NCBI RefSeq assembly: GCF_018977255.1
Contig: NW_024704752.1
Span: 9,796,001 to 9,860,000, forward strand
From: Callorhinchus milii
Lineage: Eukaryota
Direction: 5' to 3'
DNA: 64,000 bases
Shown here: positions 40,245 through 55,015 of the stretch, piece after piece
Position numbering within the stretch: position 1 is the first letter of the stretch
Layout of the letters: every line of letters starts with the position of its first letter
Notes under the pieces: model-generated
The model's database searches: none
What the model saw: only the letters and a program-made list of their open reading frames with translations
Told to the model about the DNA's origin: nothing
Translations under genes and position numbers: made by a program

Positions 40245-42129
40245 AATTTTTAAATGTGCCCATCAGTGTCCAGAACTACAGCTAATCGCTGTTATATACT
40301 TCATATACTGTTATGTTCCACTAACAGCTGTGTACATTGGCTTTAAATAGATGTATTATTCCAGGTGCTCTGAACAAATTAACAACTATTCTCAGAAGGA
40401 AGCACATTACCACTTTAAGTTTCCTCCAGATAATCAAACCAAATATGAAAAGAAGAAATTTTAATAATAGTCATCTGAGCATAAGGCACAATCTTATTCC
40501 TTTTTCATTAATTTTCTACACTAACAATTAATTTAATTAAGCCTTACGGTTTAATTTAATAGGTGTGTGCTATGTCTCGTAATTTTACGGTACACCAAGT
40601 TTATAGCCGAGACCGAGACGAGATGTGGACATCAGTTGTTTGTATATCCTTTTAAATCAGTTTACCAAGTAACAATGAAGTTCACCTACAAATTTAGCCA
40701 ACCTATATCGTACTGTAATTTCCAATATGTTCCTCATAGTTTGCCACATTCTCCAATTTGCAAAATATGTTAATTTCCCCCACCCACACACAAACACATA
40801 GACAAATGATTTCTGTATATGAATATACAAAAAAAAATTAGCACAGTCCCCTTGTATATGTCACTACCAAATAATGTCAATTCAAGAGACAAATACTTAC
40901 TCTTACTCTCTGCTTTTGCATTTTCCTTATTACGGATTTATTTTTAATATTATTGACCTTAAGGTTTGGTCTAAAACTTTTATGTGGTTTACTACTTTTA
41001 CCACTTTAAATGTCTTTTGAAAGTTCTTGTGCATATTTTTCACTTTGTTTGCCTTTATGTACATACATGGTAATTTCTTACATATTCAACAAGATTTTTT
41101 ATCCAGGACCTCTTGTTCATATTGACGAACTGTTACAGCAATGGGAAGATATCAATGTGCAAGGGAAACTTGCAAAAAGGCCAGAACATGAGTTATGGGG
41201 AAGTTCCCAAGCAAAAGCATTGACAATGATTAAATAAAATGTTTCAAAGGTATTAGGTATCCATTGGTAAATGGAAGTCATTCAGAAATAAAGTTGTAAA
41301 AGTTGTTAAAATAGATGGAATTGAAATTTTGAACTCCAAATTAAAGGGACAGATCTAAAGCACTCATTTCTTTGTCGTAAACACTGAAATATTTCTCTTC
41401 TTACTTTTTAAAAATAATTTATTAAACCTGATTTAGAATTTTGTTACCAATGGCAGACATATTTTTCTCCAAGCTGCAAAAAGTATATCTTGTAAAATGA
41501 TGACTTGCAACCTTTATCTTGATCAGATAAAAGCAAACCATAAGGAGAACAAACAACAAAAAATATATGTAAATATATTTCAAATCCATGTAAAGTTGTG
41601 ATCAACAGTTCTCAGCTTTATATTTCAATATGGTTGCCTGTAAGTCAAAAAGTCAAAAAGCTTTATAAGGAACATTGATGAGACCACATCTGTATTATTT
41701 TGTGCAGCTTTAAGCAACCTAGCTTCAAAAAACCATAAAGCTTTTGAATATATGCTTATTCGAGTTTACGGTAAAGCAAGTAATTGCTACTCATAATTTA
41801 GAATGGTTATCCAATATCATACAATAAAATGTCTACAAGCGCTTCACATAGTTTGCTGTTAAGTGCAGTCATTTGTAAATCCAATTTTTTAATCAAGGTA
41901 TTTATTGAGGAAAAGCAGTGTTCTTTTACTGAAATATGAAGCAAAGTACACTCATAAAATAGTATCTTTTTATTGTCCATCAACAATTAGTACATTAAAT
42001 CACTCACTTTTTTTAACACTACATAATAAATCAGAATGTCACGATACTTCAGGGAAATCGAATAAAACACTAATATATAATTAAAATGGGACTCCTAAAT
42101 AAAGTTACATTTTCATGTAGAAAACATAT

Positions 42130-45100
42130 TCACTGTTTCCTGGAAGCCATTTTACCCATCATGTGCTTCTTTGTATTTTCCTCTTTTTTCAGCAGGATAA
42201 TATAACATTTAGGAGCAAAAATACAGACAAGTAGTCCAAAGCTCGATGCCAAAATTGCAAATATTTCTACAGCCACAGTATATTTTCCAGGAGAGCTTAC
42301 ATAAGCTGGAATGAAAGTGATCCAAACAGCACAGAAGATAAGCATGCTGAAAGTGATGTGCTTCGCTTCATTGAAGTTGTCTGGAAGTCGGCGAGCGAGA
42401 AAAGCAAATACAAAGCATACACAAGACAACAGTCCAATGTAACCAAACACACAGTAAAAGGCTACTGCAGATCCCAGATGGCATTCAAACACGATTCTCT
42501 CCTTAAAATATTCACTATTTTTCAGAGGATAAGGTGGTGACAAACATAGCCAGACAGTACATATTAAGCATTGTATCAGGGTAAGGATGAAAACACTCAG
42601 GCGTTGTTGTGTAGGTCCAAACAACTTCATCATGTTATTACTGGGAAGTGTTGCATTAAATGCCATCACCACAACGATTGTTTTTCCCAAAACACAGGAA
42701 ATACAAAGAACAAAAGTGATACCAAAGGCTGTGTGACGTAACCTACAGGACCAGACTGAAGGCTCTCCAATGAATGTAACTGAGCACAGAAAACACAAAA
42801 CTAATGCGAAAAGAAGCAGAAAACTTAACTCTGAGTTATTAGCTTTAACAATAGGAGTGTCTCTGTGAACATAGAAAGCTGCAAATACACTGAAAGTGAT
42901 GAAAACTCCAAGCAATGCCAGTGTCACTAGAGCAATCCCCAATGTCTCCTCGAAGGAAAGGAATTCAATTTCCTTCAGTATGCAATGATCCCGTTTATCA
43001 TTGGACCGGTATTCCAAAGGACATTTGAGGCAAACGGTTGAATCTGAAAGAAAGTAAATTGTGATTGAAAGAACCTGAATTGAAATCCGTTCAATAAAAG
43101 TTTGAGAATATTAGAAAGAATTGATAGCTGTGTTTGTTCTTACCAGTGATGTTACTAATTTCACCATCAGCACATTCTATACAATCAAAGCAACACTTTG
43201 GTTGTCCATTTCTTGCTGCTTTTCTTGTTCCAGGGAGACAACTGTCAGAGCAAACTGCCCGCGGAACCTGGTTAGAGGGAAATTAAAACTGAATTTCGCC
43301 ACCTTCTAATATTCAGTTACCTGTTTTGCTTGATGCTGACTCCAATTAGCTCTACAAACGTTGTTTTTACTTCCTAAATTTATCTGTTTTCCTTTTAGAA
43401 TACACCAATTTTGCTGCTCAGTAATTCAAATTACTCGGTGTCTCGTGAACTTGATCCGAATTGCCAAGTGGTTAGCACGAAATTGCCTGTTTGCAAAAGG
43501 CTTGGGATTTCCCCAGTTCTTTCTCACGATATTGTCCTAAAAAGTTGTCAGTTTGATATGTTTTTCATTCATCTTAAATTTGGAGTCCTGTAGCTCAGTG
43601 GTTAGAGCACTCGCTTTGCAAGTGAGAGACCTGAGTTCAATTCCAGGCAGAGGGCGAAACCTTGGGCAAGTTTCCTTACTCCACACAGAGCCTAATAATA
43701 ATCCCTCCAAAACCAAAAACAATAATAAATTGGTCATTTTCAATCTACGACTGTTTGTGGGACATTGCTGTGCACAATTGGCTGCCGCGTTCGCCCACAA
43801 ATATACAGTCAATTCACTTTACAGTGTGTTCTGTGAAGCGCTTTGGTACGTCCTCCCGACGTGAAAAGCGCTATATCAAATGCAAGGATTATTATTATTA
43901 TTATTATTATTATAGTTGAAGTCCAAGTAATAGTCAAGCAAGCGTTACCATGGTTCTTAAATTGGTATTTAAATAATTGTACCAATGTAAAATAGTTCAT
44001 TCACGTCAGAATGTTTAAAACATTTTGAACTTGTTTTTGTGCCGTATTTATTCGTTTTTAACGTGAAATGCCTTGCTTTCATTACGGCTGTATTTTACAC
44101 ATTTGGTTCATGTAGACATGTAGACACTCACTAATATTAAACTAATACTCTATTGACATGTAAACCACCTGATCATAAGTTCTTGATTACCATGTCTTCA
44201 TATTCAGGACAGTTTAGGATCTTCATTTCTAATACAAACAGATGTCGCTGGGAACACTCAGCAGGTTAGGCAGCAAATATGGAGAGAGGAAAGCAAGTTA
44301 ACGTTTCAGGTCGATGAAACATTAACTCACTCCATAGGATGCTGCCTAACCTGCTGAGTGTTCACAGCCACTTCTGTTTTTATTTCAGATTTCCAGCATT
44401 TGCAATATTTTGCCTTTTGTTTCGGGTTTTCATTTTGTCTGTTCACCAGAGTTGAAATATCACCCAGTAAAAGTCTTACCGTAATTCGACCACTATTCCA
44501 TACAATTGCTGACTCGTTTATTGTAAATTCTTGTCCTGCAGGAGCAGATCCATCGTATTGACCAACAGTCACAATATCGGTGCCATGGAAGGCATTTGAT
44601 TGCCAGTTTACAATATCGTACGTGGCCACTGGATCTCCATTTTCATCAAAATAAATGTTTTCACCATTTTCTGTTTTAAAATTGACTTTCGTCATGTAAC
44701 GCAACAGCTGTGTGGGAAAACGACGAAAGAGATAGAAACATTATTTTATCTCAACAAATTATTGGTATAGCTTTTCCGGGGGAGGTGCGATGGAGCAAAA
44801 GCCCAGCAAGTCAACTCTTTCAGGGAGAGAAGATAGGGTAAAAATGGCATATATACTATATATATTTACTTGGAATAGCTTTCTACATATCTACCGCCAA
44901 CACTCACGAGACGTACAAAAAATAACAACAATCTGCATTATATAGAGCCACTCACACTGGACAGGGTCTCGCTTAACTTACTTACTTATTTCAATTGTTT
45001 TTTACATGATATATTTTAAGAATTACTTCTTACTTGCCATGGTTGAAAATTTGAAATATTTGCACAACTTTTATTGGAAAATGGACCTTTGCCACTTTCA

Positions 45101-47710
45101 CATGACAGCATATCATGGAAAGCATGAGCTATAGCGTAGGTCGCTGTATAGACATTGTAGGTAACTCTGTACTGAGACACATCAGTATATGTATTATTTG
45201 CAGTCCATAAGTTCTCTCGTCCTGTGCATTGCTTAATTCCGATTGTGTGCTGCTCCCCCTTTCTTAGTGTACAGTTGAAGGTCATTTCCCAAAACTCTTT
45301 CAATAAGACATTTCCAGGAAAAGCCGAAGGATGAACTTGCAGTAGAAACTCTCTCAAACCCGGAACATGTACTTTGCGAATCGCAATTCCAATTGTGCCA
45401 GAAAGGAATCGTCTGCTTTCTTCTGGGGGTAAAAGTGCCATCGTGACCCACGCCTCACTGCCCACCCATTGAATACCTGTCACATTTTGTCGCACAATTT
45501 CCTTCAGTACAATAGTCATATCTGGTTGCGCAAGAAATGCTACAACAACATTTGTGGTAGATTTCTTGATGACGTCTATAATTTTAAGCAATTCTTCCCT
45601 TGAGTATGTTATATGGAAAGCCTCAGAGAAGGCAATACAAATATCCAGTTGTTGCACAGCTTTTGTAAACGCTTGCATTCCAAAGTTACCATAGTCATCG
45701 TCACTTCTAATGGTCCCGATCCACGTCCAACCAAAGTGTTTCACCAACTGAGCCAAGGCTCTGACCTGAAAGTAGTCACTTGGTATTGTTCTAAAAAATG
45801 ATGGATATTCCCTCCTGTTGCTCAGACATGCACAAGTAGAAACGTAGCTTACCTGAGGATAACAAAATGGGGAAAATAAAGTAGCTTGAACTCACGTTCA
45901 TTTAAGAAGTATACATTCGATTGCGGAACAAGAATATTGCACAGATTACGTATTTTACAATTCAACAATAACAACAACAATTTGCACTTATAAAGCGCCC
46001 GTGCCTTCAGCTCCCCTCTCGACTCTCTTCCCCCTCCTCGCTCCCTCCCTTCCCTTCCCTCACCCTGACCATTTCCCCCCTCCTTGCTCCCTCCCTGCTC
46101 GGGTCATGACCCAACTGTGCAGCGCCTTGGGACGTCCTCCTGACGTGAAAGGCGCTTTATAAATGGAATCTTGTTGTTGTTGTTGTTGTTGAACGCAGGG
46201 TAGCGTTTCGGAGCGCTTAACATTTGCGGAGACGGACTCATAAAGATATGAGAAAATATGGATATTACTGCTTATTAAACAGCCTTCCAATGAGTTTCAA
46301 ATGAAAGAGTTTAATTTGTTTATGTAAATATTTGATGTAACTAAGAGCCAATCTTTTCTCTTATTGTGCCTAAACAAGCTGACATATTACTTCATAAAAC
46401 AACGTACCATAGGGACCCTAAAAGGAGCGATTAAGGTCGCTATTGCTGCGGAAAGTGAAGAACTGGAGTCACCAACAATAGCAGAAACCACAGGTGCCCT
46501 TTTGCAGGTGAAATCTGAAGATGTTTCTTCGAGTCTGTTTAAAAATTCGAAAGTTGTTTTTGTTGACACGGAAGGCATTCTACAAGAGTCAGAAATCCAG
46601 TAGCCCAGAGTAATGTTGGGAAGCAGTGACGGGTCTTTGTTTATTTCTTCTATTGTAAAGATCATCGCCATCGCAAAACGAAACAGTCTGAATAGAAACC
46701 TTTAGCAATGACAGTGAAAGTGACATTGGTATTTGCATGATGCTAAACAACAACAACAACATTACATTTATATAGCACCTTTCACGTCGGGTGGGCGTCC
46801 CAAAAGAATAAAGCAATAGATAGGTTTTCCATTTCTGCAGTTAAGACGTAGCAAAGAGGAATAAAATGATGGATGCAACATTCACAGCAAAATGAAACAT
46901 CTTACAATGTAACCTATTTGGAGGAAATTTAATTTGACACCGCTATATAGATTTAAATGGAAACCAACCAAAACGATACCTGCACCAGTCCAGCTTCAGT
47001 ACCTGCTTAACAAACTAATTCCGCCCATGTGGATTTTGTTAATCGTCCACTCATCTACTGGGAGGAGAAGCTAAATTAAAACATGGGACACTGTAATATG
47101 CGAACCATCCTGAATATTTCGGGCACGTAAACAGTTTACAATCATGGAATCATATCTACTTCCTAATAAAAAGAGAATTCACCAATGTATTGTCATATAA
47201 ACCTAGTTATCAGTTTACCCGGAGGATACTCGGATACCACTACAGCACTCGCATTCCTATCAGTTGAGTTTCATCTCATATCAATTCGAATATATTGTGG
47301 AGGGAATCACTACAATGGCATCCAAACTCAAATAATCGTGTACTGCTCTATCCTTCGTGCCTTTAAAAGAAAAGCTTCCAAAAAATATATACTCTCTTAC
47401 AATTTGCAAATTATTTAAAAGCGTGTAAATAGTTTGGTTATTTCACGACATTCATCCGCAACGTTCGGATAAGAGAAATGGACAGTTTCACCAACTTTGT
47501 ACATGTTACTGCTTTTGGTTCGGATTTAAAATCCATATCCTGATCCTCAACATCGACATGAATACTGAAAACTCCTCCGAGAATGATGTCGCCGTCTTTA
47601 GTTAAACTAAGTGGATCAAACATCCCCCAACGTTTACAGGTTGTCTCTTCAGTCAGCCACACAGGAACAAGAACAGAAATCAATAGCACACAGAGCATAG
47701 GGAAACACAT
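42130..47710 (-). CDS. V2R/OlfC receptor gene 6, intact. Exons 47710-47496, 46699-46408, 45852-45034, 44707-44480, 43267-43144, 43043-42130
   Basis: Canonical exon lengths, GT-AG junctions, full motif set. Confidence 0.93.
43582..43913 (+). mobile_element. Young full-length tRNA-derived SINE (gene 6 intron 4)
   Basis: A box TAGCTCAGTGG, B box AGTTCAATTCC, L2-like 3' hairpin and (ATT)n tail; nearly identical to 55434-55761. Confidence 0.92.
44235..44420. repeat. Palindromic Penelope-like/MITE-like element; right arm only at about 50803-50910 in gene 7
   Basis: Perfect 24-bp inverted repeat 44252-44275 / 44340-44363; same family as 21588-21772. Confidence 0.7.
46001..46190 (+). mobile_element. 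L2 3'UTR fragment inserted in gene 6 intron 2
   Basis: Ends GGGACGTCCTCCTGACGTGAAAGGCGC...(TTG)n; gene 7 has the empty site GCGCCC|TGAACGCAGG at about 52496. Confidence 0.85.
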
Positions 47711-49490
47711 GGTTTATAAATGTGCCCATCAGTGTGCAGAACTACAGCCAATCGCCCTTATATACTGTAGATACTGTTATATTCCACTCACAGCTGTGTA
47801 CCTTGGTTTAAATAGACATATTATTCCAGGGGCTCTGAACAAATTACAGACAATTCTCAGAAGGAAGCACGTTACCACTTTAATCTTCCTCCAGATAATC
47901 AAACCAAATAAGAAAATAACATATTTTAATTATACAGTCATCTGAGCATAAGGTGGAATCATTCCCTTTTCAATAATTTCCAAGAGCAATGATTAATTTA
48001 ATTAAGGCTTATGGTTTAATTTAACAGATGTGTGCCACGTGTCGGAAACGTTTTACTGTACCCCATACAGAATACTGAACAAGTATTCCATCAAGGTTTA
48101 TACCCCCCTCCCGCCACACTCATACACACATACACAAATTATTTCTGTATACAAAGAACAAGGAAAAAATGAGCACAGTCCCCTTGCATATGTCACCATC
48201 AAATAATGTCAATTCGAGAGACAAATGCTCACTCGTACTCTCTGCTTTTGTTATTCTCCTTATTGCAGATTTAATTTTTAATATTATTGGCCTTTAGTTT
48301 TGGGCGGCAACTTTTATGTTGCACTATTTTACATGTCTTTTGAAAGTTCTAGTGCACACCTTCCACTTTCTTTCCTTTTATGTACATGCTTGGTGATTCC
48401 TTACACATTCAACACGATTGGTAAACCATGACCATATTGACGAACTGTTACGGCAACGGGAAGATACCAATGTGCAAGGGTAACTTGCAAAAAGGCCAGA
48501 ATATGAGTTATGGGGAAGTTCCCAAGCAAAGGGCATTGAAGATGATTGAATAAAATGTTTCAAAAGGTATTAGGTATCCACTGGTAAATGCAAGTCATTC
48601 AGAAATAAAGCTGTTAAAATAGATGGAGTTGAAATTTGGAACCCCAAAGTAAAGGGACAGATCAGACTGTTTCTATGTACTGAATACTGAAGGTGCTTCT
48701 TAGTACTTTTAAAAAGTATTTTATCAAACTTGATTTACAATTTTGTTACCAATGGCAGAAATATATATTTTTCTCCAATTCGAAAAAGTATATTTTGTAA
48801 AATGATAACGTTTATCTTGATCTGAGTAAAGGAAACGATAAGAAGAATAAATCACAGAAATAATATTAGACGGTGGACAAAGAAAGGGATTGAGATGTTC
48901 TTATTGTTCAGTATCTGTATATTTAAAATCCATGTGAAGCTGCGATCAACAGCTCTCATCAACTAGTCTTTAAATTTGAAATATATTTCCCTGTAAGACA
49001 AAAAGTGTTGTTCTAACCTTATAAGAAACATTGATGAGACCACATCTGCATTATTCTGTCCAGTTTTAGGCAACCTAACAACAGCAAGAAATTGAGCTTT
49101 TGATGATATACTTATTCAGAGTTTTTTGTAAGGGAAGTCATTGCTACTCATAATTTAGAATGGTTCCCCAATAATGTACAACAAAATGTCTGTAAGTGCT
49201 TCAAAGCACTTGCTGTTAAGTGCAGAAACGCTGCATTTGTAAATCAAATACTTTAACAAGGCATTCATTGAGGAACAGGAGGGATGTTTTACTGAAATAT
49301 GAAGCAGAGTACACTGAAAAAATATTAACATTTTATTGTCCATCAACAATTAGTACATTAAGTAACACACAACATTTTTTATTATTCCAAAAGAAATCAG
49401 AATGCCACGATATCCCAGGGAAATTGAATAACAATATCTAACTAAAACACAACTCATCAATAAAGTTACATTTTAATTTAGAAAACATAT

Positions 49491-52400
49491 TCACAGTTTC
49501 TTGGAAGCCATTTTACCTATCATGTGCTTCTTTGTATTTTCCTCTTTTTTCAGTAGGATAATGTAACACTTAGGAGCAAAAATACAGACAAGTAGTCCAA
49601 AGCTCGATGCCAAAATTGCAAATATTTCTACAGCCACAGTATATTTTCCAGGAGAGCTTACATAAGCTGGAATGAAAGTGATCCAAACAGCACAGAAGAT
49701 AAGCATGCTGAAAGTGATGTGCTTCGCTTCATTGAAGTTGTCTGGAAGTCGGCGAGCGAGAAAAGCAACTACAAAGCATACACAAGACAACAGTCCAATG
49801 TAACCAAGTACACAGTAAAAGGCGACTGCAGATCCCAGATGGCATTCAAACACGATTCTCTCCCTAAAATAGTCACTATTTTTCAGAGGAAATGGTGGTG
49901 CCAAACATAGCCAGACAGTACATATTAAGCATTGTATCAGGGTAAGGATGAGAACACTCAGGCGTTGTTGTGTAGGTCCAAACCACTTCATCATGTTATT
50001 ACTGGGAAGTGTTGCATTAAATGCCATCACCACAACGATTGTTTTTCCCAAAACACAGGAAATACAAAGAACAAAAGTGATACCAAAGGCTGTGTGACGT
50101 AACCTACAGGACCAGACTGAAGGCTCTCCAATGAATATAATTGAGCACAGAAAACACAAAGCTAATGCGAAAAGAAGCAGAAAACTTAACTCTGAGTTGT
50201 TAGCTTTAACAATAGGAGTGTCTCTGTGAATATAGAAAGCTGCAAATACACTTATAGTGATGAAAACTCCAAGCAATGCCAGTGTCACTAGAGCAATCCC
50301 CAATGTCTCCTCGAAGGAGAGGAATTCAATTTCCTTCAGTATGCAATGATCCCGTTTATCATTGGACCGGTATTCCAAAGGACATTTGAGGCAAACGGTT
50401 GAATCTGAAAGAAAGTAGATTGTGATCGAAATAACCTGAATGGAAATCAGTTCAAAAATGTTTGAGTATATAAGAAAGAATTAATAGCTGTGTTTGTTCT
50501 TACCAGTGATGTTACTAATTTCACCATCAGCACAATCTATACAATCAAAGCAACACTTTGGTTGTCCACTTTTTGCTGCTTTCCTTGTTCCAGGGAGACA
50601 ACTGTCAGAGCAAACTCCCCGTGGGACCTGGTTAGAGGGAAATTAAAACTGAATTTCACCACTTTCTAATGTTCAGTTACCCGTTTTGCTTGATAAAAAA
50701 TTAACTCTACAAAAGTTGTTTTACTTTCTAAGTTTATCTGTTTTCCTGTTAAAATGCTGCAATATTCCCGCAGACATTCATATTACGTGGTGTCTCGTGA
50801 TACAGGTCAATGAAACATTAACTCACTCCATAGATGCTGCCTAACCTGCTGAGTGTTCACAGCCACTTCTGTTTTTATTTCAGATTTCCAGCATTTGCAA
50901 TATTTTGCCTTTTGTTTCGGGTTTTCATTTTGTCTGTTCACCAAAGTTGAAATATCACCCAGTAAAAGTCTTACCGTAATTCGACCACTATTCCATACAA
51001 TTGCTGACTAGTTTATTGTAAATTCTTGTCCTGCAGGAGCAGATCCATCGTATTGACCAACAGTCACAATATCGGTGCCATGGAAGGCATTTGATTGCCA
51101 GTTTACAATATCGTACGTGGCCACTGGATCTCCATTTTCATCAAAATAAATGTTTTCACCATTTTCTGTTTTAAAATTGACTTTCGTCATGTAATGCAAC
51201 AGCTGTGTGGGAAAACGACAAAAGAGATAGAAACATTATTTTATCTCAACAAATTATTGGTATAGCTTTTCCGGGGCAGGTGGGATGGAGCAAAAGCCCA
51301 GCAAGTCAACTCTTTCAGGGAGAGAAGAAAGGGTAAAAATGGTATATATACTTATATATATTTACTTGGAATAGCTTTCTACATATCTACCGCCAACACT
51401 CACGAGACGTACAAAAAATAACAACAATCTGCATTATATAGAGCCACTCACACTGGACAGGGTCTCGCTTAACTTACTTACTTATTTCAATTGTTTTTTA
51501 CATGATATATTTTAAGAATTACTTCTTACTTGCCATGGTTGAAAATTTGAAATATTTGCACAACTTTTATTGGAAAATGGACCTTTGCCACTTTCACATG
51601 ACAGCATATCATGAAGAGCATGAGCTATAGCGTAGGTCGCTGTATAGACATTGTAGGTAACTCTGTACTGAGACACATCAGTATATGTATTATTTGCAGT
51701 CCTTAAGTTCTCTCGTCCTGTGCATTGCTTAATTCCGATTGTGTGCTGCTCCCCTTTTCTTAGTGTACAGTTGAAGGTCATTTCCCAAAACTCTTTCAAT
51801 AAGACATTTCCAGGAAAAGCCGAAGGATGAACTCGCAGTAGAAACTCTCTCAAACCCGGAACATGTACTTTGCGAATCGCAATTCCAATTGTGCCAGAAA
51901 GGAATCGTCTGCTTTCTTCTGGGGGTAGAAGTGCCGTCGTGACCCACGCCTCACTGCCCACCCATTGAATACCTGTCACATTTTGTCGCACAATTTCCTT
52001 CAGTACAATAGTCATATCTGGTTGCGCAAGAAATGCTACAACAATATTTGTGGTAGATTTCTTGATGACGTCTATAATTTTAAGTAATTCTTCCCTTGAG
52101 TATGTTATATGGAAAGCCTCAGAGAAGGCAATACAAATATCTAGTTGTTGTACAGCTTCTGTGAACGCTTGCATTCCAAAGTTACCATAGTCATCGTCAC
52201 TTCTAATGGTCCCGATCCACGTCCAACCAAAGTGTTTCACCAACTGAGCCAAGGCTCTGACCTGAAAGTAGTCACTTGGTATTGTTCTAAAAAATGATGG
52301 ATATTCCCTCCTGTTGCTCAGACATTCACAAGTAGAAACGTAGCTTACCTGAGGATAACAAAATGGGGAAAATAAAGTAGCTTGAACTCACGTTCATTTA

Positions 52401-54246
52401 GGAAGTATACATTCGATTGCGGAACAAAAATATTGCACAGATTACGTATTTTACAATTCAACAATAACAACAACAATTTGCACTTATAAAGCGCCCTGAA
52501 CGCAGGGTAGCGTTTCGGAGCGCTTAACATTTGCGGAGCCTGGCTCATAAAGATATGAGAAAATATGGATATTACTGCATATTAAACAGCCTTCCAATGA
52601 GTTTTAAATGAAAGAGTTTAATTTGTTCATGTAAATATTTGATGTAACTGAGATCCAATCTTTCCTATTATTGTACCCAAACAAGCTGACATATGACTTC
52701 ATAAAACAGCGTACCATAGGGATCCTAAAAGGAGCGATTAAGGTCGCTATTGCTGAAGACTTTGAGGAACTGGAGTCACCAACAATAGCAGAAACCACAG
52801 GTGCTCTTTTGCAGGTGAAATCTGAAGATGTTTCTTCGAGTCTGTTCAAAAAATCGAAGGTTGTTTTCATTGACACGGAAGGCATTCCACAAGAGTCAGA
52901 AATCCAGTAGCCCAGAGTAATGTTGGGAAGCAGTGACGGGTCTTTGTTTATTTCTTCAATAGCAAAGATCATCGCCATCGCAAAACGAAACAGTCTAAAT
53001 CGAAACCTGTAACAAGGAAATTATTAAATATCTGTCAAACATTCACAACAGTGTACGTGATATTGGTATTACCATTTTGGAGAAATAAGTAAAATAATAG
53101 AAACAATTCCCCTTCCTGCAGTTTTGACACAGCAAAGAAGCAATTAATGGAACCAACATTTGGAGCAAGATGACACATCTTGGTATATTGCTTACAAACA
53201 CTGCATAAATGATACAACCATAGCTCGCATAGATATTCTTAATTTGTATTCATGGGGAACAGTGTGACCCAATTTGGAGAAATGCAATTTGGCACTTTAC
53301 ATGGCAACTAACCTGGAGCAGTCCAGCTTTATACCTGGTTTGCTTTGGGATGTCCTCGCACCTCGAAAGGCCTCCATAAGTATAAATTATTTTGTCATTG
53401 ATTCCCTAATAGGATTTTGGTGTGTAGGACAGAAATATATGTAAATCTCCAAATCTGCCGACAATTACTGCGGACTTGTTTGGGTTTTTAACAGACCAGT
53501 TCCCCCATATGGATTTTTTTTTACCTTCCGCTGATCTTCCCTGAAGAGAAACTGAATAAAAATGATGACACTGAAACACACGAATGAACTGTAATATTCG
53601 GGGTCGTGAGCAGTTTAGAATTATGGAATCACATCTGCTGTCTGATTAAATAAAAGAAAATGCACCAATATTCTATGTTTTATAAATCTTATTGTAAATT
53701 TACCTGGAGGACACCTGAATACTACTACTCACATTCCTTTCAGTTTTGTTTCATTTGGGATTAATTGGAATATACTGTAGAGATCACTAAAACATCACCG
53801 AATCAGGTAATTGTGCACTGCACTCGCGTTCGTGCTTTTAAACATGAAACTTTCATCCAAACAAATAGACATTATTTACAGAGATTGGAAGTTGATTAAA
53901 CATATAATATTACGCTTCAACAATATTTGATATCTAAAAGCGTGCAACTATTTCGGTTAATACACGACATTCACCCGAAATGATTGGTCTATTTTTGATA
54001 TCGGATAAGACAAATGGGCAGTTTCACTAACTTTGTACATCTCACTGCTTTTGGATGGGTTTTAAAATTAATCTTCTGGTCCTCAACATCGACATGAATA
54101 CTGAAAACTCCACCGAGAACGATGTCGCCGTCTTCAGACAAACTGAACAGATCAAACATCCCCCAACGTTTACAGGTTGTCTCTTCAGTCAGCCACACAG
54201 GAACAGGAACAGAAATCAATAGCACACAGAGCATAGGGAAACACAT
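49491..54246 (-). pseudogene. V2R/OlfC gene 7 with a nonsense codon in exon 4. Exons 54246-54032, 53006-52715, 52348-51530, 51202-50975, 50627-50504, 50404-49491
   Basis: TAG at 51010-51008 where the near-identical gene 6 has GAG (44515-44513; [10 protein letters not shown]). The other exons are open and splice sites intact. An extra in-frame ATG lies at 54264. Confidence 0.8.
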
Positions 54247-54619
54247 GGTTTTAAATGTGCCCATCAGTGTGCAGAAGTACAGCCAATCGCTGTTATATAC
54301 TGTAGATACTGTTCCACTGCACTGACATCTGTGTACATTTGCTCTGAATCAATGTGCTCTGAGCAAATTAGGGAGAATTCTCAGAAGGAAACACATTACC
54401 ACTGTAATCTTCCTCCAGATCATCAAACCAATTTAAAAATTAATTAATTATAAAGTCATCTGGACCCTACAATCTTATTCCTTCTTTAATAACTTTCCAC
54501 AGCAACGATTAATTTCATTAAGATTCATGGTTGAAATTAACAGATGTGTGTTGTGTGTCCTATACATTTTACTGTGCACCAAGTTTTTACAGCAAGTTTT
54601 ACCTTTACTCCCAATAATT

Positions 54620-54835
54620 GTCGAGGCCCTGGTGGACTGAGGAGTTGATGGTCAGGTCGGGGCTGAGCCGGGTGGGGTGTTCAAGCCAAGGAATAGGAAG
54701 TGAAGTGAGCCGAGTCCTGAGAGTGGGGTTCAGTAATGCTCGATCAGAGGACTGGAAAGGGAAAAAGTGGTACATTTAGCCAGGGTCAGGCTATCTGTCA
54801 GTCTGTGGGGTGATCCCGGGGTCATGTATTGGAAA
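54620..54835 (-). mobile_element. Fragment related to the 3' region of the LINE at 62600-64000
   Basis: Shares TTTAGCCAGGGTCAGGCT and GGGGTTCAGT blocks with 62760-62870. Confidence 0.5.
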
Positions 54836-55015
54836 TTGAACCCAAGGAGAAAATGCATAATGGATGTAGTAAAGTAATAACATAGAGGGGTGTATTTCAT
54901 TTTGACTTTATTGAATGATCAGAATGTAAAGGTGTATATTATTTACTATCATATATATATATAAAGTCAAATTACATATATTTCTCACTGACATTAACTT
55001 TTACCAGGTAGACTG

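Noticed and set aside
43582-43655. Apparent tRNA-Ala(TGC) genes
   Set aside because: Each continues into a shared SINE body and (ATT)n tail; these are SINE heads, not stand-alone tRNA genes.
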